A stretch of DNA of 64,000 bases from an uncultured virus (IMG/VR IMGVR_UViG_3300033075_000331) (taxonomy: Duplodnaviria > Heunggongvirae > Uroviricota > Caudoviricetes): IMG/VR virus record IMGVR_UViG_3300033075_000331. The stretch is one strand, 5' to 3'. A model generated the notes under the pieces. It did not search any database. It saw only the letters and a list, made by a program, of their open reading frames with translations, and was not told where the DNA came from. Shown here piece by piece: positions 39,290-48,400 of the stretch. How positions within the stretch are numbered: position 1 is the first letter of the stretch; each line of letters opens with the position of its first letter. A program made the translations under genes and the position numbers.

Positions 39290-41791
39290 CTATGGATATT
39301 GTTCAAGTACCAAATACACCGCTGATGCTGAACACGCCAATGATGATGTGGCCGTATTGTTAATCGTATAATATATCGTATTGCTATAAGTATCGTCCAC
39401 ATTCGCTCCTATCGTCATTGGAGACAGATAGATTTTACGTGGGTTTGAAGTCGTCAAAACATCGATGATGACGCCGTGAGAGCCCGTTGGGTCCACATTC
39501 GATCCTCGGGAAATGTCTTGATCACGTAATTCTGCTCTTCCATACAAGCGAAGGCGCATATTTTGGACCGTTTCCACCGTCATAATCGTGAACGTTGATC
39601 CCATGACCACAGACCCCGTTTCATATGCATTTGTTGTCAATACAGAGGATGTGAAAGTTGCCGTGGTGCGCGTTGATAATCCACCCGCAGGACCACTACC
39701 ACCCGCCGTCAAGGCATACGATGCAGTTCCAAACAACGAACCCGTTATCGAAGGAATGTTTGCACTGCCCGTTACTGAAATCGATCCAGTAAAGATGTGC
39801 TTGTCTGTGGAAACATCACCAAAGACATTGACCCCGGAGCCTGTACCCGTTACAACGATACTACCAGTCAAAATATTGACATTTCCATGCAACGTGGCAT
39901 TTCCAGTGAACGAGCCAGTGAAGGAACCTGTGTTATTTGCTGCTGGCGCTGTCGCATTCAACGCATACGATGCCGTGACCGCATATGAAGATGTGATCGG
40001 AACAAATGTAATGCTGGTTGCTGCACTTGCAGTTGTAGCAAATGATGACGTTGTAGGGACAAACGAAATCGCATTAGCAACAGATGCGGTGCCCAACAGA
40101 GAACCCGTGAATGATCCGGTGAATGATCCAGAATTGACCGACGCATTCGTTGGGGCATACGATGCGGTCGCCGGAATGAACGTAATACTTGTAGCAGCAC
40201 TTGCGGTGATTGCAACCGATGATGTGCCTAGTAGAGACCCGGTGAATGATCCAGTAAACGCACCAGATGGACTTGCCGCCGTTGAATTCATAGCATATGA
40301 TGCCGTAATAGCATACGACGACGTAACAGGAGTAAATGTGATACTCGTTGCTGCACTTGATGTTACGGAATACGATGCGGTAACTGGCGTGAATGTAAGA
40401 CTATTCGCCGCAGATGCCGTAATGGCGACTGATGACGTGCCGAATATCGATCCTGTAATAGATGGGACCGTCAATGATCCGGTGATAGAAACAGAACCAG
40501 TGAAAATATGAGCGTCTGTCGAAACATCACCAAAAATGTTGACCCCCGATCCGGTACCAGCAATAATCAAGCTGCCCGTTTCAATGGTGAGGTTTCCTGT
40601 TGATTTAAACGATCCGGTAAATGATCCAGTGAACGATCCCGTAGTTGTCGCAGTTACGCTGCTATTCAACGCGTACGATGCGGTGCCAAATAGCGAACCC
40701 GTAAAGGAACCCGTAAAGGAACCAGTAGTCGTTGGTGCCGCAGCATTCATTGCATAAGATGCGGTTGTAGCAAATGATGCGGTTGCAGGAACGAATGTAA
40801 TACTATTCGCTGCCGATGCGGTAATAGCGACAGACGATGTACCCAATAGCGATCCGGTAAAGGAACCCGTAAATGAACCGGAGTTGGCCGATGCATTCGT
40901 TGGGGCATACGATGCCGTGCTTGGGACGAACGTAATGCTCGTGGCAGCAGAAGCCGTAATTGCAAACGAAGCCGTTGCAGGAGTAAATGTGATGCTGGTA
41001 GCTGCACTTGCAGTTGTAGCAAATGAAGATGATCCCAACATTGAACCCGTAAACGAACCAGTGAACGACCCACTATTTGCAGATGCGTTAGTTGGCGCGT
41101 ATGATGCAGTAGCAGGAACAAATGTAATACTTGTGGCTGCCGATGCTGTAATTGCATAGGATGAGGTTACTGGAACAAACGTGATGCTGGTGGCTGCACT
41201 TGCAGTTGTAGCAAATGAGCCAGACCCCAATAATGAACCCGTAAACGAACCAGTGAATGAGCCCGTTGGATTGAATGCCGTCGAGTTCAGCGCATATGAT
41301 GCCGTGATCGAATACGACGCCGTTGCAGGAGTAAATGTGATACTCGTAGCCGCACTTGATGTTGTAGCAAACGACGATGTGCCCAATACAGAACCCGTAA
41401 ATGATCCTGTGAATGATCCGGTGGTCGTTGAGGCTGGGGCTGTTGCATTGAGCGCATATGACGCAGTGATAGCGTACGATGCGGTCGATGGAGCACTCGT
41501 AACAAACGTTGCAACAGATGCCGTACCGATTAACGTACCGACAAACGAAGATGCCGTAACAGGTCCGCTGACAATAACCGATCCTGTGAAGATGTTTTTG
41601 TCCGTTGGATCGTCACCAAAGATATTTGTACCACTACCAGTTGTAGTAACACGAAAACTACCAGTATCAACTAGTACGTTTCCTTTGATTATGTGCTGAC
41701 TAGACGGAGAGGAACCAAGAATTGTTCCACTCGTCGTAGCCAACACACCCGATACAATTAGATCACTATTTACTACGAACTGATTTGCCAT
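39290..41791 (-). CDS. repeat-rich tail fibre-like protein
   Basis: Many TGSFTGSFTGSLLGT / TASYA / AATSITF modules. Confidence 0.65.
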   Translation of the reverse strand: MANQFVVNSDLIVSGVLATTSGTILGSSPSSQHIIKGNVLVDTGSFRVTTTGSGTNIFGDDPTDKNIFTGSVIVSGPVTASSFVGTLIGTASVATFVTSAPSTASYAITASYALNATAPASTTTGSFTGSFTGSVLGTSSFATTSSAATSITFTPATASYSITASYALNSTAFNPTGSFTGSFTGSLLGSGSFATTASAATSITFVPVTSSYAITASAATSITFVPATASYAPTNASANSGSFTGSFTGSMLGSSSFATTASAATSITFTPATASFAITASAATSITFVPSTASYAPTNASANSGSFTGSFTGSLLGTSSVAITASAANSITFVPATASFATTASYAMNAAAPTTTGSFTGSFTGSLFGTASYALNSSVTATTTGSFTGSFTGSFKSTGNLTIETGSLIIAGTGSGVNIFGDVSTDAHIFTGSVSITGSLTVPSITGSIFGTSSVAITASAANSLTFTPVTASYSVTSSAATSITFTPVTSSYAITASYAMNSTAASPSGAFTGSFTGSLLGTSSVAITASAATSITFIPATASYAPTNASVNSGSFTGSFTGSLLGTASVANAISFVPTTSSFATTASAATSITFVPITSSYAVTASYALNATAPAANNTGSFTGSFTGNATLHGNVNILTGSIVVTGTGSGVNVFGDVSTDKHIFTGSISVTGSANIPSITGSLFGTASYALTAGGSGPAGGLSTRTTATFTSSVLTTNAYETGSVVMGSTFTIMTVETVQNMRLRLYGRAELRDQDISRGSNVDPTGSHGVIIDVLTTSNPRKIYLSPMTIGANVDDTYSNTIYYTINNTATSSLACSASAVYLVLEQYP

Positions 41792-41794
41792 AGT

Positions 41795-43597
41795 TTACGC
41801 CATTCTGAATTTTTTCAAGATTGCTTTTCGTGCAAAAAACGATGCGGTCACTGAGGTTGGGATTATTGCGTAATATGGCATAGCACCAATCGTTGTCCCG
41901 TCGTGCCCAGCATTGTACAATGAAATATCTGTAACTTGGAAACCTTCTTTAATCCAGTTCACCAATGCTGGAATGTTATAATTAGGGTTGTATCCTGATC
42001 TGTTGTTCTTTTTGAACAATTCGGCCAACGCATTTTCCTTTGTCCCCGGTCCACCTAAATAGGCATCCCATGTTGGAAGATTACGGGTACGATCATAGAA
42101 TGGATCACTCGTTACCGTGACGTCGTGAAGACCCGGTGAACCCGACGAAAAGATTGGACCCGTAGTAATGGCATTGTATCCATATCCGTCAGTACCGGAA
42201 CGTGGATTCCATTTTCCATTGTAATCCCACCGAGTAGGATCACTCTGCTGGACAGTTCCCGCTTGCCGAATAGCTACCGACGCAGAATTTGCGCTCGGTG
42301 CCCATGCAAGATTCGATTTGACCGCAGTGAATATACCATCATAACCAGCATTCGTTTCTCCATAGGAAATACCCGTTTCCCCAGCAGCAGTTGAAATGTA
42401 GGTATTGTGGGTAGCAGACGCTGTAAAGAATGTAGTAGACTGAGCTACGCTAACCAATTTTCCCGGCTGCAATCCATTCGAATCTACTGGCAAAAGAATG
42501 CAATGTTTGATGGTATATAGTCTTGTTGAGGTTGGTGTGCCAGTTCCTATCGCATCACCAACCGCATTAGCATCACTATGTCCAAAAATAGTACCAGATA
42601 CAGTTAATCCAGATGTAATTCCAAGTGACATTTGGTGTGCGTTGCTAATCGATCCGTCTTTGTACCAGAATTCATTTAAGGAGTCGCCGTATACATTAAG
42701 AGTCGGCTGTGTAGATCGACGTACAAAATTTCCCGTCTGAGATGCCCATTTTGTACCCGCCGTTGGAAGAAATCCATCCATGAATAAGTTACCTTCAACA
42801 ATCCAGTCACCCTGACCAATTGCCGTCAACTTATCAAACACGTTTCCGCTGATGATCTTTGTACCAGCGTTTGTAAATGACGGTAAGCTAAAGGTATACG
42901 TTGTTCCTAAACTACCCGTCCATGTGTTATTGACAATGTTGCATGTGGCATTAGATGCGAATGCCGTACCGCCAGTTAATAGACCACAATTCTGGAATAT
43001 GCAGTTTTGCAAGTTGATTTCTGCGCCGGAATTGTTTCCCATATAGAAATCGAAGAACGAATTTGATGCATCACCAATTCGTGTAAAATCACAATACGTA
43101 GCACGCAACCATCCACCGACGACAAATCCGTTGCGTGAGAAATATGCGTTTCCTCCACTTATATTAGAACGCATAAACACCGGGTTAGCTGCACTTCCAC
43201 TGAAATTGATCAATGTATATTGCGTGCTCGCATCTTGCACCAAAAAGCGATAATTCGTAATGCTGGCTGTTGGTGCCATGGACGCATCAAACTCGATTCC
43301 CGCACCAGAACCAGATACTAATACCAACGTCGTTTTCGTAGCACTTCCTTTCAATTGAATATCACCACGTACGATCAATGGGCTAGATACGGTCAATACC
43401 TTATTGATAGCGCCCCACGTAATAGCAGGAATAGGATCATTTTCGGCAGGAGATGTTCCTACAATCGTTGCTGCACCACTCAAAATGGTTACGTTGTGTA
43501 ATATCGTTACCGTGTCACCGTCTCCCGGTACCACTGCTCCTGCCCATGTATTAGGATCGTGCCAATATCCATTCAATGCGGTTGAAATATCTGCCAT
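41795..43597 (-). CDS. beta-helix-like virion protein, paralog A
   Basis: N-terminal NGYWHDPNTWAGAVVP..GDTVTI.HNVT (G8-like start); colinear with the adjacent gene. Confidence 0.6.
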   Translation of the reverse strand: MADISTALNGYWHDPNTWAGAVVPGDGDTVTILHNVTILSGAATIVGTSPAENDPIPAITWGAINKVLTVSSPLIVRGDIQLKGSATKTTLVLVSGSGAGIEFDASMAPTASITNYRFLVQDASTQYTLINFSGSAANPVFMRSNISGGNAYFSRNGFVVGGWLRATYCDFTRIGDASNSFFDFYMGNNSGAEINLQNCIFQNCGLLTGGTAFASNATCNIVNNTWTGSLGTTYTFSLPSFTNAGTKIISGNVFDKLTAIGQGDWIVEGNLFMDGFLPTAGTKWASQTGNFVRRSTQPTLNVYGDSLNEFWYKDGSISNAHQMSLGITSGLTVSGTIFGHSDANAVGDAIGTGTPTSTRLYTIKHCILLPVDSNGLQPGKLVSVAQSTTFFTASATHNTYISTAAGETGISYGETNAGYDGIFTAVKSNLAWAPSANSASVAIRQAGTVQQSDPTRWDYNGKWNPRSGTDGYGYNAITTGPIFSSGSPGLHDVTVTSDPFYDRTRNLPTWDAYLGGPGTKENALAELFKKNNRSGYNPNYNIPALVNWIKEGFQVTDISLYNAGHDGTTIGAMPYYAIIPTSVTASFFARKAILKKFRMA

Positions 43598-43598
43598 A

Positions 43599-45383
43599 CT
43601 AGTATGTTCTAAACTTTACAAGTGTAATTTTTTGTGCATTTACAGATGTGGTGATTGCGCTGTTAATGTATTCCATTGCGCCAATTGTTGCCCCATCGTG
43701 CCCAGCATTATAGAGACTCGAATTGGTAACACGGAATCCTTCCTTAACCCACGTGACCAAATCGGCAATGTTATATCGTGAATCATATCCTGCGCGATCA
43801 TTACGCTTGAACAATTGTCCGAGCGCATGTTCCTTTGTCCCCGGTCCACCTAAATAGGCATCCCATGTTGGAAGATTGCGAGTTCGATCAAAGAATGGAT
43901 CGCTGGTTACTGTGACGTCGTGAAGACCCGGTGAACCAGAAGAGAAAATTGGTCCTCCTGTAACTGCGTTGTATCCATATCCGTCAGTACCGGAACGCGG
44001 ATTCCATTTTCCATTGTAATCCCATTGTGTAGGATTGCTCTGTTGAATGCTGTTGGCCTGTCGAATTGCAACCGACGCAGAATTGGTATACGGCGACCAC
44101 GCAAGATTCGATTTAATAGCAGTATATAATCCGTCATATCCAGCATAGGTCTCGCCATAGGAAATACCCGTTTCTCCAATTGCCGTTGAAATGTAGGTAT
44201 TGTGAACCGCAGATGATGTTACAAATGCATTCGACGACGCAACTCCATATAGCTTGCCCGGCTGTAAACCATTGGATTCTACTGGTAGCAAGATACAATG
44301 TTTGATGGCATACGTACGAGAAGATGCAGGGCTACCCGGTTGAATCGCGTCTCCTACTTGATCGGCAGCACTGTGCCCAAAAACAGTACCAGAAATCGTC
44401 AGACCAGACGTTGTGCCCAAGGTCATTTGGTGCGCGTTACTGATTGATCCATCTTTGTACCAAAATTCATTTAAGGAGTCGCCGTATACGTTGAGCACAG
44501 GCTGAGTGGTACGGCGTACAAAATTCCCAGTTTGGGTGTTCCACTTTGTGCCCGCCGTTGGAAGATATCCTTCCATGAACAAATTACCTTCAACCGTCCA
44601 ATCTCCCTGTCCGATGTTTGCGATTTTATCAAATACGTTTCCACTGATGATCTTTGTACCAGAGTTTGTAAACGCCGGTAGATTGAGAGTGGTCGATCCC
44701 AAACTTCCAGACCACGTGCTATTGGTGTATATCACTTTACCACCAGCAACGACTGCCGTCGCCCCAGTCATAGTACCACATTCCAAGAAATAACAATGAT
44801 CAATGTTGATTTCTGCACCAGAGTTGTTTCCTAGATAGAAGTCAAATAGCGCATTCGATGCATCGCCAATTCGTGTAAAATCACAGTATGCGGCGCGCAA
44901 CCATCCGCCGATAACCGATCCACTGCGCGTAAGGTATGCATTACCACCACCAGCATTTGAGCGAAGGTACACTGGATTAGCAGCACTTCCACTGAAATTG
45001 ATCAATGTATATTGCGTGCTCGCATCTTGAACAACCAACTTGTAATTGGTACTTGCTGGTGAAGATGCTGCCGACGCATCAAATTCAATACCCGCATTTG
45101 TTCCCGACACCACAATAACTGCGGTTTTTGTCGTGTTTCCTTTCAAGGTAATATCGCCACGGACAACCAATGGTGCGGATACCGTTAACACTTTGTTAAC
45201 CGCCCCCCACGCAATAGCTTTAACAAAATCAGAGTTTCCGGGTGAATGTCCGACTGCCGACGCGCTAATAACAGTGACATTGTGGTTCAATGTGACTGTA
45301 TCACCATATGTTGGCACGACACCACCTGTCCACGTTGCTGTGTCGTGCCAATATCCATTCGCTGCTGTTGTAATCGCTGCCAT
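43599..45383 (-). CDS. beta-helix-like virion protein, paralog B
   Basis: End-to-end similarity to 41795..43597. Confidence 0.6.
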   Translation of the reverse strand: MAAITTAANGYWHDTATWTGGVVPTYGDTVTLNHNVTVISASAVGHSPGNSDFVKAIAWGAVNKVLTVSAPLVVRGDITLKGNTTKTAVIVVSGTNAGIEFDASAASSPASTNYKLVVQDASTQYTLINFSGSAANPVYLRSNAGGGNAYLTRSGSVIGGWLRAAYCDFTRIGDASNALFDFYLGNNSGAEINIDHCYFLECGTMTGATAVVAGGKVIYTNSTWSGSLGSTTLNLPAFTNSGTKIISGNVFDKIANIGQGDWTVEGNLFMEGYLPTAGTKWNTQTGNFVRRTTQPVLNVYGDSLNEFWYKDGSISNAHQMTLGTTSGLTISGTVFGHSAADQVGDAIQPGSPASSRTYAIKHCILLPVESNGLQPGKLYGVASSNAFVTSSAVHNTYISTAIGETGISYGETYAGYDGLYTAIKSNLAWSPYTNSASVAIRQANSIQQSNPTQWDYNGKWNPRSGTDGYGYNAVTGGPIFSSGSPGLHDVTVTSDPFFDRTRNLPTWDAYLGGPGTKEHALGQLFKRNDRAGYDSRYNIADLVTWVKEGFRVTNSSLYNAGHDGATIGAMEYINSAITTSVNAQKITLVKFRTY

Positions 45384-45427
45384 ACTATCTCTCTACATGG
45401 TTAACTGTATATAACTAGCACAGATGG

Positions 45428-48400
45428 TTAAATGGTTCGTGCTACAACCTTGATTTGATATCCCGCCGATGATGCCGAAGAGAACAATTGTGCAAATCCA
45501 CCCGATGCGCTGACAAAGAACTGCATATCTGTTGTTGAGCCGATATCTGCGGTCGAATGATCATTATACGAGACCACCGACGCACTCCATACCGCCATAA
45601 CCACACCTGTACGGAGATTTCCGCCATTTTTCACAACATAATCGAAGTGTGACGCGTCATATAGTGAAGAATTCACCGACACCAAGGATGTGACACCCGC
45701 CCCAACCGTCAATCGACTGCCAGAAATGTATACAACATCGACAAGGGTAAGTGATCCACTGATATTTTGTGCAACGCGGAAGGTATTTGATCCGGTGGTT
45801 GCAAAAGTTGCATCATTCTTGTTATTCAATAGGCCAGCATTTGATACATACGATGCCGTTCCAAGTAACGAGCCTGTAAATGAGCCGGTGAATGAACCAG
45901 TTGGGTTAAATGCCGTCGAATTCAATGCATAGGATGCCGTTATAGCATACGATGACGTGAGAATTCCAGTAATCTGTGCACCATCGCCCTTGAACGCAGA
46001 CCCCGTAATGCTTTGCGACACATTCAAGTTACCAGAAACATGCAATACGGTTCCGGTTTCTGTTACAATTGAGTCCCCAATGCTTGCGGCGCTCGTAAAT
46101 TTCGTCAATTTACCAGATGTACCCGAACCAGCAACTCCACCGCCAGTAGCACCAGCCGACAATGCATAGGATGCGGTAAGTGCATATGGTGCATATGAAG
46201 ACGTACCCAACATCGAACCTGTGATAGATGGGATGCTTGCACTACCAGTTACAAGAATTGAACCCGTAAAGATATGTTGATCACCAGAACTATCACCAAA
46301 GATGTTAGCTTGTGCTCCCGCACTCGTGACACTGAAACTACCAGTATCAATGACGAAGTTACCAGTCGTTTTGAATGAACCTGTGAACGAGCCTGTGAAG
46401 GAACCTGATGTAGTAGAGGCTACCGATGCGTTCAATGCGTAAGATGCCGTCAACGCGTACGAAGATGATCCTTGCAACGATCCAGTGAATCCGCCCAAGA
46501 ATGATCCCGTTGGGTTGAATGATGATGCATTGAGTGCGTAGGATGCCGTGATGGCTTGCAATGCGTAGGATGCCGTAGAAATTCCATACACATTGAAGTT
46601 TGTCGTGTAGAAATTGACGCCATCATAGTACATCGTGTAAATGTCATACTCATTCGCAGCTAACGACCCGGAGGTTTGGTATCCGAGTGGGTAGATGGTT
46701 CCTGATGGGAACTGAATTTGGCGGCTTCCCGACGTATCTTGACGAATTTCAAAGACATATCCAACGCCCGGAATTGCGTTGACATATGACATGGTGGTTG
46801 ATCCTGTCAACACCATGGTAAATGCCGACGATTCACGCAAATCGATAGTCGTTGATCCGGATGCTGGTCCCAAATTCTTACGATAATTGACGACCGTACC
46901 AGATACAATCAAGCTCTGTGAGACTGGCGTGTTGTTGAGTGTGATGCTTCCCAACAATGACCCGGTGAATGACCCGGTGAATGATCCAGTTGGATTGAAT
47001 GTCGATGCGTTGAGCGCGTACGAAGCAGTCGTTGCAAATGACGACGTGACAATGCCCGTTACCTGTGCGCCGTCACCCTTGAATGCCGATGCGGTAACAC
47101 TTTGTGAGACGTCTAATGATCCAGTGATTGAGACAATACTACCAGCTTCTGCCATGATGGAATCACCAATGGCATTGATGCTTGTAAACTTGGTAATACG
47201 ACCCGATGTACCAGTACCAGTGACTCCACCACCAGTCGTACCAGCCGACAAGGCATAGGAAGCCGTGAGCGAGTATGGCGCATATGATGAGCTACCAAGC
47301 AACGACCCTGTGATGGATGGAATGTTTGCGCTACCAGTGACCAATACCGATCCAGTAAAGATATGACTATCGCCAAGACTGTCACCGAAGATGTTACTTT
47401 GTGCACCAGCACTCGTAACAGTCAACGCACCAGAATCGATTGTTACATTTCCCAAGAACTTTGCTGTACCCAGTAGCGATCCAGTGAATGAACCAGTGAA
47501 TGATCCTGTTGTAGTTGCTGCGACCGATGCATTCAATGCATACGATGCCGTAACAGCATATGAGGAAGTAACTGGTGTGAACGTGATGCTCGTCGCGGCA
47601 GATGCGGTTGTCGCGTATGACGAGGTTCCAAGTAATGAACCAGTGAACGATCCAGTGAACGAACCCGTTGGCGTGACACCAGACGAATTCAATGCATAGG
47701 ACGCCGTAATAGCTTGTAGAGCATAGGAAGCAGTCGTTACACCATAGATGTTGAAATTCGCGGTGTAGAAATTGATGCCATCATAGTAAATCGTGTAGAT
47801 ATCGTACTCATTGGCCAATAGCGAGCCAGAAGTTTGATATCCGAGTGGATAGACAGTACCTGATGGGAATTGAATTTGACGACTTCCCGTATCATCTTGA
47901 CGCACTTCCAATGTAAAGTTACTGTGTGGTGCAACATTGGTATACGACATAGTTGCACTACCAGTAAGTCTCATTGAATATACTGCCGCACGACGAATAT
48001 CTAACGGAACAGTACCTGCAACGTCACCAAGAGTCACCCCATAATTGACTGCTGATCCTGAGAGTGTCAAACTCTGAGAAACAATCGGATTGACTAACGT
48101 GGAATTAGGTGAAAGTGCCGAAACGTATGATGCCGTACCTAACAGCGAACCCGTGAACGAACCCGTAAATGATCCGGTTGGATTGAATGCAGTTGAGTTA
48201 AGCGCGTACGACGCCGTAACAGCGTAAGAAGCTGTTGGAGGAGTAAATGTGATGCTTGCTGCGGCGCTTGCGGTACCTAGTAACGAGCCCGTAAACGAAC
48301 CCGTAAATGATCCGGTTGGATTAAACGTTGACGAATTTAGCGCATATGATGCAGTGACAGCATATGATGCAGTTGGTGGAGTAAATGTGATACTATCCGC

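Noticed and set aside
41795..45383. Diversity-generating retroelement (TR/VR pair)
   Set aside because: Both copies are full-length ORFs, differences are mostly synonymous and not adenine-specific, and no reverse transcriptase is in the window.
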